NCBI GenBank assembly: GCA_027923505.1
Contig: BROI01000037.1
Coordinates: 62,001 to 126,000 of the forward strand
Reading direction: 5' to 3'
DNA: 64,000 nucleotides
Source: Mayamaea pseudoterrestris
Lineage: Eukaryota
Shown here: piece after piece, positions 1 through 11,479 of the stretch
How positions within the stretch are numbered: position 1 is the stretch's first letter
How the letters are laid out: each line of letters opens with the position of its first letter
Translations under genes and position numbers: made by a program
The notes under the pieces: model-generated
The model's input: the letters and a program-made list of their open reading frames with translations, nothing else
Databases searched by the model: none
Told to the model about the DNA's origin: nothing

Positions 1-304
1 GTGCGAGAAAAAGAGCGGAAGAAAAAGGCTTCAAATTAGGACAATGAGCGGCAAACGTTCGTCATGGTCAAGCTCGATGGATCTGTGGTCGCGTCCACGT
101 TTGGATTTCTGTCGCTACGGTATTGGTCGGACATGCTCGCACCCGGACGTTTCGTAATGGACGGCTGCGAAAGGCTCATCCATGTTGCGCTCAGAACCTT
201 TTTGTCTCTTTCGATCCGCGCTCATCTCATCATTGCCATTCCGCCATTCCTCGCCACAGTTGAGCAATAGCAACGTCTTTATCTTACAGTAATCTACTAA
301 TATC

Positions 305-2218
305 ATGAATGGTCCAGGAGGCGGTCCTCCTATCATGGTGCTAAGTGAGTAGTTGTGACATCGGGGCGGACAAAGGTTGCGTGTCGCTCGCTGCGCGCAT
401 TGCGAAAAGTTGCAATGATGGACAAGGCAATGTATATTCTTGCAGCAAAAAGCTGCCATTTCATGCGATATTTAAACTAGCGAGTAGCCGGAAATCGTCC
501 AGTGCCTTTTCGTCCAACTAAATCTAAATCTCCCCTTTTTTCGTTACCTTTTGCATCGCACCACAGACACCAAGCAGCAGCGTCAGACAGGTCGAGCCGC
601 ACAACTCGCCAACATTCAAGCAGCCCAAGCAGTCGCTGGAATCTTAAGAACAACTCTAGGTCCTCGCAGCATGCTCAAGATGCTTCTAGATCCCATGGGC
701 TCCATCGTTTTGACCAATGACGGCCACTGCATTCTCCGCGAAGTGGATGTTTCCCATCCTGCCGCCAAGAGTATGATTGAATTGAGTAGAGCTCAGGATG
801 AGCAAGTTGGCGATGGAACGACCAGTGTCATTGTCTTGGCTGCCGAAGTATTGGGCATGGCCGCTCCATTCATGCGCGAATCCATTCAAGGGACGCAGGG
901 AAGCATGCATCCGACCGTTTTGGTGAGCGCCTACACCAAGGCTCTGGCCAAGGCGGTGGAAATATTGCAGGAACAAGCTGTTACTGTAGACGTTTACAAA
1001 GACACGGAGCTTATCAAGAGTATGGTGCAGTCGTCGCTGGGAACAAAATTTAGCAGTCGCTGGAATGATAAAATGGTTGAAATGGCCATTCAAGCTGTAT
1101 TGACGGTGATTCAGACGGATGATCGTCCTGCGTCTTCACTCGACATTACCGCCATTCCCAACATTGAGGTTGACATAAAGCGATACGCCAAGGTGGAGAA
1201 GATTCCTGGAGGCGAAATGGAAGATTGTACTGTGCTTAAGGGAGTCATGTTTCAAAAGGATGTTGTGCATAGCGAAATGCGTCGGCATATTGTCAATCCT
1301 CGCATTCTCCTATTGGATTGTCCGCTCGAGTACAAAAAGGGCGAGTCGCAGACAAATATTGAGATTACGGGTGATCAAGATTGGAACCACTTGCTCAAAC
1401 TAGAGGAGGACTATGTTGAAAACATGTGCAACGAGATTATCGCTGCCAAGCCAGACATTGTTATTACGGAAAAAGGTGTAAGTGACTTGGCGCAACACTT
1501 TTTGCAAAAGGCGGGTATCACAGCTTTTCGTCGGTTGCGCAAGACGGACAATAATCGCATTGCACGAGCCGTCGGAGCGACGATTGTTTCGAGGACGGAT
1601 GAAATTGTAGAGTCTGACATTGGTACCAATTGCGGCTTGTTTGAAATGAAGAAGATTGGCGAGGATTGGTTTGCCTATTTGGCTGAATGCGAGGATCCAA
1701 AGGCTTGTACAATTGTGCTGCGAGGAGGTTCCAAGGACGTTTTGAACGAAATGGAACGCAATCTGCAGGATGCCATGCAAGTCGTCCGAAATGTTGTTTA
1801 CAGCCCAAAGCTGGTGTGCGGCGGAGGCTCGATCGAAATGGCTGTTGCGCTTGGCCTCAAGAGAGAAGGCCAAAAGATCCAAGGTATTCAGTCTGCACCT
1901 TTCCAAGCCGTTGGCGAAGCCATGGAAGTCATTCCTCGTACGCTGGCGCAAAATTGCGGCGTGAGTGTCATTCGCACCATTACGCAGCTCAGGGCCAAGC
2001 ACGCAGAAGCTTATGCGCAAGCGCAACAGGATGGAGTGCCTGTTCATTGTACGTATGGTATTAATGGTATCACGGGCGAAATTGTGGACATGAAGGAGCT
2101 TGGCATTTGGGAACCGCTGAGTGTCAAGCTGCAAACCATCAAAACGGCAATCGAGTCGGCTTGTATGATCCTTCGCATTGACGATATAGTGTCTGGTTCG
2201 AAGAAGAGCAAAAACTAG
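305..2218 (+). CDS. CCT3: T-complex protein 1 subunit gamma (CCT/TRiC chaperonin); exons 305-344 and 567-2218
   Basis: Spliced N-terminus MNGPGGGPPIMVLN-TKQQRQTGR via intron 345-566 (GTGAGT...CACAG); motifs TTLGPRSMLKMLLDPMG, GDGTTSV, VEKIPGG, LEYKKGESQT, ILRIDDIVSG typical of CCT gamma. Confidence 0.96.
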
Positions 2219-2639
2219 CTTTCCTCAAGCTGCAGTTCAGGGATGGTGTTCTATGCTGAGATGCTTGTCGCTCGAGCGGCTGCAGTCGCAGGGCTGCACG
2301 TGGTGGATCGTTCTGTTGGTACTTATCTGTTATACAGCCTTATATGACTACCGATGGAGACGAAATCAGTAAAAATAAAACTTGTAGAAACGACAATAGG
2401 CTATTACTACGGCGTTAAGTCACAAGTCCCATAGTATCGGTTTGCACCAGTCATCTTACCGGTACTAAGCTCGTGACTTATTATGACTCACGACTCACTT
2501 TCGACTTCCAACGAATTCTAACTGCAACTCGTCACACATTCGTCGAAGTCGGCGGTCGACGAGGGAGGCTGTCAGAGGCAACAGTAGCATAATCAAGTGA
2601 ACTTTCTTCAAACAAAGCAGCAGTTGTCTAATCAAGAGT

Positions 2640-5303
2640 ATGTCTTGCACCAATCTATTCAAGCTTTGCTGCGGCGAAGGTGAAGAAGCGTTGAAGTACG
2701 GAGCTTTCGTCTCGTCTGATTCATCGCCAGGTTTTGGTTGGGAGTACAATGGCGATACCAGCACTCCCGATGAGAAGGAGCGTATTCAGCGAATTGAGGA
2801 AAAAGTGACGCTTATTAATCGGCATCGCAGTAAGGAAGTACGGCCCGGAATTCGAGGAACGATTGCCTGCAAGCCAATCGATATGACCACGAACTATGAG
2901 CCGCCGAGTCACCCCAAATCGGAGGAGGATGTGGAGTTTCTGATGCAGGCACTCAGGGATTCGCTCATGATTGTTCTGGATTTGGATGACTCTGAACTAA
3001 AGCTTCTTTGTTCGGCCATGGAAAAGGAGACAGTTCCAGCTGGCACAATGGTAATCGAAAAAGGAGATATGGGAGACTTTTACTATATAATTGATTCAGG
3101 CGAAGTCGCATTTGTCGATCCTGACAATCAGGATAACGTCACTACTTTGAGCAAAGCTGGTCGAGGGGAAGCGTTTGGAGAGCTCGCTTTGCTGTAAGTG
3201 CATTTGGTCGGAGCTTTACACTATTGGCGTCGGACTTCACCTGCTAACCCAATACAATTCTGCGCTGTTTAGTTACGACTCGCCACGCTCTGTTTCGTGC
3301 ATTGCGTCAGACGAAGGGCCAGTGACATTGTGGAAGGTTGATCAACTTACATTTCGCTATTTGTTGGCGCATCATTATCAAGCTGATGCTAATCCGCTCA
3401 AGGATAAGATTCGAAACATTGAAATTTTCAAGGACTTGAACGAGTCGATAGTTTCGAAATTTGTTGCTGGCATGAGCCGGATTCGCTGGAAAGAGGGCGA
3501 CCAAATTGTTGTAAAAGGAGAAGTGGGCAACATTTTCTACATTATAGAAGAGGGAGAGGTTAAGCTGCACGATATTGGTTTGGGTGACTCCAAATTTGAG
3601 GACCAGGTATTGAGCGCGGGCGATTCCTTTGGTGAACGAGCGCTGTTGACGGGAGAACCAAGAGCGGCCAATGCAACTGCTTTGACCGACGTAACTACTC
3701 GAGCGATGGACCGAGAAACATTTGAGAGGTCGATCGGACCATTGCAATCGGTGTTGGAGCGGCATCTTCGTCGGCAGTATCTTGCCTCGTTGCCGCTGTT
3801 TTCGCAACTTTCATCGGAAGAAATTGATGAAATGGTTGATTGTATGGTGGAGGTTTGTTATCGCAAGGATGACAAACTTGCCGAGGCAGGAAAACCTTAC
3901 GATCCCCTTTTGTGGATCATTCGGCATGGTCGCTTGCTCGTCTTTGACACAAAGGAGCCCGACCAGATTTACAGTCTTGCAGGTGGCGACCACTTTGGCG
4001 AGGAGAGCATTCGATATCCTGGTCGAATAAGCACACAAACTGCCGTATGCGAAGAAGATGTCACCGCCTGGATGCTTACACGCGAGGACATTGAGGATGT
4101 CGCCTGGGATATTGAGACGCTCAGTGAACCTTCTAGATTTTCTATCACACGACAAGTCCGACCATTGATGATGGATGATTTGATTAAGGTTAAAATGTTG
4201 GGACACGGCGGATTCGGTAAAGTTTGGCTAGTAAAAGCGAAAGACGAGGCTGTCACGACAGCTTTTGCCTTGAAGGTGATTAGCAAGCGGTTAATTCTCG
4301 ACTCAAAGCAAGTGCAGAGCGTTATTCGCGAGAAGCAGCTTCTGGCCTTGTTCCATCATCAGTTTATTGTCCATCTTGTTTCGGCTTTTCAAGACTCTCA
4401 GTACCTGTACTTGGTTTTGCCTGTTGTTCCTGGCGGTGAACTTTACAGCATTGTTGAAAACCAAAAGAGTCAATCAGCGGGCTTGCCGAATGAGAATGCG
4501 GCGTTCTATGCAGCATGCGTTTTGGAAGCACTCATTCATTTTCATCAACGGAACGGTAAGATATATTCGTTCGACTATTCTCACTTCAGGTTGCAGATCC
4601 GCTCACTCATCGTGTCTCCAATCTGTAACAGTCGCATACAGAGACCTCAAACTGGAGAACATTCTCGTCGATGAAGAAGGTTACTGCAGAATCATCGATC
4701 TTGGCTTTGCCAAAGTCGTCAACGAAAAGACCTACACTCTCGTAGGAACGGTACGTCGTCATGTTCTTGATTGGGTGGCAGCAACGACCAATTAATCGTT
4801 TCTTACCGTCAATCTTTGTCATGAATTAGCCTGACTATCTCGCCCCTGAGGTCATAACATCCAAGGGCTATGATAAAGCCTGCGATCTGTGGTCATTCGG
4901 AGTCCTGGTATTCGAATTAATCGTTGGCCATGCGCCTTTTGTTGGCCCTGGATCACGTATGGACATGTTCAGGCGAATTGTTCAGGTGCAATATGAATTT
5001 CCATGTTGTGTAACTGATAACGCCAAAGATTTTATACGCAACCTTTTGATTCGTCGACCAACGGATCGTTTGGGCAATCGCGCATTGGGCCATGCAGAGA
5101 CGAAGAAGCACGCTTGGTTCAAAGAGACTAAGATATCCTTTAAAAGCATCATGGCGAGAACGCAAGAGTCACCATGGAAGCCTGTGGTGAAGGATCCTCT
5201 TAAGCTATCATCATTCGACGATTACAGTTATCTAGAAAACGAGGAAGAGGACTACGGACTACCTTTGACGGACGAAGAGCAGGCTTTATTTGCTGAGTTC
5301 TAA
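2640..5303 (+). CDS. Cyclic-nucleotide-dependent protein kinase (PKG-like: three cNMP-binding domains plus AGC kinase); exons 2640-3193, 3273-4555, 4632-4750, 4830-5303
   Basis: Three GT-AG introns restore FGELALL-YDSPR, HQRN-VAYRDLKLEN and LVGT-PDYLAPE; second site FGERALLTGEPRAA; GHGGFGKV, ALKVISK, DLG, AGC C-tail ending LFAEF. Confidence 0.93.
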
Positions 5304-5419
5304 CTGGAGATAAATTTAGTGTATCTATTACCATATTGTTTAATGCGACTTTCTGTCTACCAGTAAAGTCGATAGTGCTAGCAATAATAAACTTGGGCCT
5401 CCGTTTCGCGAAATCTCAG

Positions 5420-7045
5420 CTACGCAAGCCCAGCGGATTCTTTCATGGTCAAATGCGAAGCTGTAGCCTTTCGTATCTTAACGACTTCATCACCTCGAGC
5501 TACTCGTGTCAATCGTTGTAAAGTGTCAAAGCCGTCAATGACCTTGCCAATGCATACGTCATGCTTGTGGTACTGCGTATTGTCTTGTAGGTTTATAAAG
5601 AGACCCAAGCCTCCTTGTGACGTTTCTGTCAAACCAACCGTCCAAGACTCGTGCTTCTTTTGTCCCTTTTCAACAAAGTCTACTTGCTTGAGCGTTTCTG
5701 CGTGCGGCGGCTCGAGCGTGATGGCAACGTTCTTGTCCAACCTGACGACTGCATCGTCCCAAAGACCCTTGTTGAGCTGTTGAATCAACGTCCACGCAGC
5801 GTGCGGGGTATCATACCACAACAATATGCTAATCTTACTAGACTCTTGCTGTGACTGTGGAAGGAACACGTCCAATATGACCTGCACAGGTCCTTCTCCG
5901 AACGTTTGCACGATATTGGCGCGATCCGAGTGTTGGATCTTCGCCTGCAGCGTCTTGACTTCGTGATCGAGTTCATCTTCCATTTCGCGCAGCTGCTTGG
6001 TTTGAATTTTTATAATCTCCCCATCGAACGATTCGGATCCCTTGTGGTGGTGGTTAGCATCAGCCTCGAGACCATTCAAATGTTGCTCCGGCACCCCGAC
6101 GCTACCTTGCGACAATCGAGCAATGGATTCGTGCAAATTCAACGACTGCTCCTCGAGTCGTTTCAAATGTAGCATCATCATACTTTCCTCGTGCTTGACA
6201 ATCAGTAACTGCTCCGTGGTGGCCAGTGCCTTTTGGTAGGAATCCCAGACGAAAAAGGTGACGAAGCAAGTAATGAGTGCCTGAAAGACGTGCTGTCGTC
6301 GAATGGTCATTGTGGACCGCGCAAGACAAACGACCAATTCACGCTTGCGCATGGGTTTGTCGGTCTTTCCGAACGTGTCTCTCCAAGTCGGTTTCATACT
6401 GGATCGATGTTGTTGCTGTTGCAATTGTTGATGGCCATTTATCGAGTGCCTGTACTGATCGGCTGATGGCGAGGAAAAGGACGGCAAACCGCCTTCGTCG
6501 TCACTCGCCGCATAGTTTGTGCCACCGCTGCGCTTGCGGCTCCGCAGACTCTGCGTCATTTGTTGTAGTTGCTCATGAGGAGTAGTATTGCTTCGTCGAT
6601 TGATTGTAAAGGAACTTGTAGACGATGCTCGTGATCGATTAGTATTCATCATCATGGTCACTCCACCGCCATTAGCGGACGGCGTCATGTTGCTGCTGGA
6701 AACACTCGTCGGAAGCAGATTAGTCTTGCCTCGCTCCGCGGCTCGAAAGGAAGTGCGACCATTCTTTAACCCCGGTGACATTGGATGGTGAAAATTGTTG
6801 TTGCGGTGATAATGATTCATCATGTTGTTGGCGTCGGGCGATCGATCGGGTAGCAGAGGACTTGTGTCTTCTCGTCGATTGAAAATGGAAAATGAAGCAG
6901 ATTTTGGTGGTATCCTTCGTTTGGGAGTGTCATCTATGAACACATCGGGTGGAGCATGTTGAGGAAGCGTCGATCCGCCTCTGCTGCTTGGTGCGCCGCC
7001 GCTGACGCTCTGGGTTAAGAAGCTTCGACTAACGCCGGTCCTCAT
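5420..7045 (-). CDS. Hypothetical single-pass membrane protein: low-complexity N-terminus, coiled coil, C-terminal cyclophilin-like domain
   Basis: 541-aa ORF; hydrophobic segment VFQALITCFVTFFVW; C-terminal PHAAWTL...LFINLQDNTQYH...CIGKVIDGFDTLQR resembles the cyclophilin-fold C-terminal strand pattern. Confidence 0.7.
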   Translation of the reverse strand: MRTGVSRSFLTQSVSGGAPSSRGGSTLPQHAPPDVFIDDTPKRRIPPKSASFSIFNRREDTSPLLPDRSPDANNMMNHYHRNNNFHHPMSPGLKNGRTSFRAAERGKTNLLPTSVSSSNMTPSANGGGVTMMMNTNRSRASSTSSFTINRRSNTTPHEQLQQMTQSLRSRKRSGGTNYAASDDEGGLPSFSSPSADQYRHSINGHQQLQQQQHRSSMKPTWRDTFGKTDKPMRKRELVVCLARSTMTIRRQHVFQALITCFVTFFVWDSYQKALATTEQLLIVKHEESMMMLHLKRLEEQSLNLHESIARLSQGSVGVPEQHLNGLEADANHHHKGSESFDGEIIKIQTKQLREMEDELDHEVKTLQAKIQHSDRANIVQTFGEGPVQVILDVFLPQSQQESSKISILLWYDTPHAAWTLIQQLNKGLWDDAVVRLDKNVAITLEPPHAETLKQVDFVEKGQKKHESWTVGLTETSQGGLGLFINLQDNTQYHKHDVCIGKVIDGFDTLQRLTRVARGDEVVKIRKATASHLTMKESAGLA

Positions 7046-7771
7046 TTGGTGGGAAAATGATGATTGAATCTTCGAGTATTATGAGTTCTCTCAACTGTCA
7101 ATGGCGATCAATCAAGTATATATCAGACACTTGGTTTAATTGGACGCTAAGGCCAGTGGCTGCTGCCTTCGAAGTGATGGATTCTAGCGATGGACGTGAA
7201 ATCGTCGATCCGAGGAGCGAGGAGGTGCCGAGGAGAAGCAACCAAACAGCGACGACGACTGGCACTACTTTTTGGCAATATGTATCGGGTCCCCGTTGGC
7301 AGTATCAAAGTGATGAATTATGAAGTACTTTGGCAGAGCTTTCAAGCGTCTTAAAGCCGTTTTCCTTGGCTCGGCATCATGGGTTGATCGTGATGATGAG
7401 CCTCGAGACATTGTTTGGGTCATTCGTTCGCCAACCCCTAAATGACACTGCCGTGAAGAGTAGGAATACCTTTGCCGGAACGACACACAAGGTGAAGCAA
7501 GGCGCGGTCCTCGACAAGAAGTGTGGCAAAGTGAAAGTGAAGGAACATTCGAAATAACTCGGGGCAGGTTTCACAACAACTGATAAAGCTATGTTACAAA
7601 AGGTAAAAAGGGTAAGAGTCAGAGCTACGGTAGAAAAGATTAGTCGAGGTTAGGTTCTTGCGTTAGGGATAATTAGTGTTACGGTAACTTCAGCAAGCTT
7701 GCGAGCGTTTCAATTTTCAATCTAGAGTCGGTTGATGGGAAAGACGTTTCGTTGCGCACACTGAACGCTGA

Positions 7772-9480
7772 CATCCCAGCGTCGAACCGGACTATTGCGA
7801 GCGCCAATTGCTTGCTTACAATAATGTGGAAGGTTCAGCATTGAAGAAGATTGCAAGCGACATCACTTTGGAGTTCACTGCCGACGGTTACGCTCTCGTT
7901 CGAGGCCTCCACAAGTACGCGGCGTACTTTGATGTACTCGCTGGCTTTTTTCCAAAGAGCGACGAGCCTACTCTTATTGGTACCAAGATTCGTTCACTTG
8001 CAAACCTTCTTGGTCTTCGCATTGACAAGATGCAGACACTCCAAAACCAAGACCCTGACGCCTTGGCTCAGTTGGCGAACGCAATCGACACCAAGATCAA
8101 TCTTTACATCCTTCATTGCGCTCAAGACGCCCAGTTCGAACCGTCGCGACTCGACAGCTTGTCATCCATTGATGGCAGCTTGGATCAAGGCTTCACAAGT
8201 GCCTTCCGTACGATTCCATCGTTCCTGCTCAGCAACTTGCCATCCCATCGCCTCGCCATCGATCCAACAAACTTGTTGCTCGAGGATACGCTGGAGCACT
8301 ACGTTGCCATTACCAGACGGAGCGTCCGTGCCTCGTGTCACGCTGCCGTAAAGCTGCTCTGTATGGAAAAAGGAGGCATGCTTGCATTCAACGATGCAGC
8401 GACGCAGGAACAGGTGTTGAGCTCGCACGGAATATCAACGCGGCTGTCAACTGGTCAAGGCATTTGGGAGTTGTGCTCAGACTTGTATGACTGCCTGACC
8501 TTATCGTCTCTTGTCATCAACGCTGGCGCAATTATTGTTCAACTTTTGTCATGGTGCACGAGCGTGGAATTGCAGCCACGGTCACGACTCCTTGTGAAAT
8601 TTATCTTGGAAAACTGTGTTGTTGGCTTTTACCATGTTGGAAAAGAATGATGACTTCATCTGCACATTCGAACCGTCGTTCCTTGCGCTTGTTGCAAGCC
8701 CGATGCCAACTGAGGAAGGTTGGGAAAGTGACGAGAGCCCTGACATCGGCGACGATCCTTTTTTCCAGTACCGATATAAAATGTATGGCAACAAGCGTGG
8801 ATTGGTATCCGCATTGTCGACATCATTTTAATGGCTCTGCGCGTTGACCTCGCGCAGATTGTTTCAGGCCATTGCGTCTCAAGCAAACGATATTGTTCGA
8901 GTTTGCTTTACCACCGCCAAGTGCGATTCGGTGGGGCTGCACCGCCGACACATACCGGTATGACCCTGGCGGCTGTGACGACACGGTTGGGAGAGCTTCT
9001 TGGGTCGACATGTAAGGCTCCCACGATTGATGTCACAGATTTTGATCGTTTCTGCGACGACCACTCTGCAACGATGGCTACGGCAGTATCGACCATTTTT
9101 GGCTGCTGTTCTCAAATCAAGGAAGTATATTTTCGCTTCACCTCGGATAACTATCTTGCTGAGTTTCAAACTGTCGCGGCTGTACTTGGCACACACCCTT
9201 CCATCGGGAGGTTGAAAATCGGACACATTGAACATACCGACCTTCTTCGCGTTTTTCTCCCTCCTCTTGCATCGATGCGTAAGCTAGCTATGTTTGCAAT
9301 GGAGGATGGACATTCGTTTTGACAAACGGACAACAAAACTATCACCAGCATTGACAATAGTGAAGATGCAAAGTTGATTGCTTGTGTCCTCGTGATTGAT
9401 ACGCTGAACGAAATTGTTTTTGACTATCTCCCTTAGACGTTCTTTCAACTGCCACAGTAGCCGCATGGTTTTGATGGTAA
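7772..9480 (+). pseudogene. Fragmented gene of unknown function with an LRR-like C-terminal part
   Basis: Successive overlapping same-strand ORFs in different frames (7808-8650, 8616-8831, 8831-9322), no ATG start, no clear introns at the junctions; IKEVYF...HPSIGRLKI periodicity resembles fragment 57510-57797. Confidence 0.4.
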
Positions 9481-9651
9481 CCAAAGGGAAGACGAGCTAG
9501 AGGAGAGTCTGGTCTGGAACATATATCACGGAGTGGTCTGGTCCACTGTGGCTTTGAAAATTTCTACTTCAATGTATAGAGGAGCAAAAAAATATCACAG
9601 AAATTAATCACTAACTATACTAAATGTTATATTGATCTATCCTACTCTCAA

Positions 9652-10381
9652 CCTTTATCGAGTTCAAATAGATCTAACAGGCAATCGCACTCAGATACTA
9701 GCGATGCTACCGACGTTTCTTGATTGGATGTATATCATGTCCCATAAGACACGAGCATTCAACCATGCATCCAGCGCACAACCCTAAGCAGAAGCTTGAT
9801 CTAGATGCTGCATACAATGCCCTTCCTCGCTCTTCATGCACTTGATGCATGGAAGGTTATCGGATGTAACACCCGGACCACCCTTGTCAAGCTTCTCGCA
9901 CAACTTCTTTCCGAAATTGCACGATGGCTCCTTTGCCAATGCTTTGATAGAATGGCAGATATGCGTGAGCTTTTTCGCATCAACCGTGTCACCGATGGTC
10001 TTGATTTGCTCTCCGATCTTGTCAATCGTAGACGTAGCACCACGATACATGATCGAGATGATCAGACAATCGGTGACACAATTACGCCAGAAACAAACAC
10101 CTGCCATTCTGGAGCATTGGCAAAGGTTTTCATCCGGAAAGAGCAGATACATGGTGGTCCGATGTTCATCCGATAACCTTCCATGCATCAAGTGCATGAA
10201 GAGCGAGGAAGGGCATTGTATGCAGCATCTAGATCAAGCTTCTGCTTAGGGTTGTGCGCTGGATGCATGGTTGAATGCTCGTGTCTTATGGGACATGATA
10301 TACATCCAATCAAGAAACGTCGGTAGCATCGCTAGTATATGAGTGCAATTGCCTGTTAGATCTATTTGAACTTGATAAAGG
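9652..10381. repeat. Long inverted repeat / fold-back: 215-bp arms at 9652-9866 and 10167-10381, with a degenerate palindromic core
   Basis: Arms are reverse complements with 3 mismatches by manual comparison; inner region has further nested inverted matches (9930-9943/10113-10126; ~9986-9996/10069-10079). Confidence 0.95.
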
Positions 10382-10420
10382 ACGAGAGTCAACAAAAGCG
10401 GAACGGTATGCGCGTCATCC

Positions 10421-11479
10421 TCAATGGATTCGGCGAAGGCAGCCTTTGAACGTTTTTTTGAACGTGGGCGCTGGGTCTGGTTCTCCTGACAGAGTTTGTA
10501 CAAGGCGGCAATTTTTTTCATCAGAATGTTTGCGATCATTATCCTGTGTTTCTTTGACGTTGGCAACTGCCTTCTCTACTACGTCTACCTTTAATGCCTG
10601 GCGCGAAACGTAGTGAGCGTGATCGTTGGGCCACACGTACCCTTCCTTTTCGATGATTTTGTCCTCGATTCTCTGAAGTGCTTTATTGAGTGCTGTCTCA
10701 AATTTTTTGTCAGTGCCTTCCGGGATGGCCATGGCGGTGACCTGAGTGTTGTATCCTGACGCAGACGCCTCGTTGAGCAGTTGGTCGTTGCTTTGCGCGG
10801 CGGCACTGGTAGTGGTCTTAGTGTTGCTTCCGAACGCAAGTGACAACTGTTGAGAATGCTGCAAAGGAACCGAGAAGGTGGGTCCTGACGCAGTCGATAG
10901 TTTGAGAGCCGTGAAGTTGCCTTGAGTGCTTCCTAACGCAGGCAGCTGGCTGAACGGTTGACGAGGAGGCGCAGGCCAGATGTATCCTTGCGCAGACTTG
11001 AGGGTGGGCAACAGGGAGCTGCCTTGAGTGTTGCTTCCTGGCGCAGGCTGCTGGTTGACCGGTTGACGAGGCTCAGCAGCCAGGAAGTTTCTTGCGCAGG
11101 CTTGAGGGTGGGAAACAGGGAGCTGCCTTGAGTGTTGCTTCCTGGCGCAGGCTGCTGGTTGACCGCTTGACGAGGCTCAGCACCCAGGAAGTTTCTTGCG
11201 CGGCTTGAGGGTGGGAAACAGGGAGCTGCCTTGAGCGTTGCTTCCTGGCGCAGGCTGCTGGTTGACCGCTTGACGAGGCTCAGCAGCCAGGAAGGTTTCT
11301 TGCGAAATCGGGAGGTCGGGAAACGGGGAGCTGCCTTGAGCGTTGTTTCCTGGCGCAGGCTGCTGGTTGACCGGTTGACCAGGCACAGGTGCCTGGACGG
11401 TCCAGGGGTTGTTGAGCTTTTGCGTCTTGCCTTTGCCGGTGCCTTGACGCGAGTTGTTGCCGTCACTAGATGTTGTCAT
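10421..11479 (-). pseudogene. Frameshifted gene with ~35-aa Pro/Gln/Ser-rich tandem repeats; 3' part interrupted by the inverted duplication
   Basis: The same repeat peptide (VNQQPAPGSNxQGSSLFPTLK) appears successively in different reading frames (ORFs 11177-11599, 10933-11466, 10421-11011). Confidence 0.55.
10910..11385. repeat. Tandem repeat, unit 103-105 bp, about 4.5 copies
   Basis: GGGAGCTGCCTTGAG at 11014, 11118, 11221, 11326 (periods 104, 103, 105), with a more diverged copy near 10912. Confidence 0.93.

Noticed and set aside
1..300. Short ORFs at the left edge
   Set aside because: No motifs; overlap the CCT3 promoter region; cannot be supported
1400..2134. 244-aa antisense ORF and similar shadow ORFs (e.g. 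45507-46370, 52410-52991)
   Set aside because: Antisense to well-supported genes; composition mirrors the sense codons
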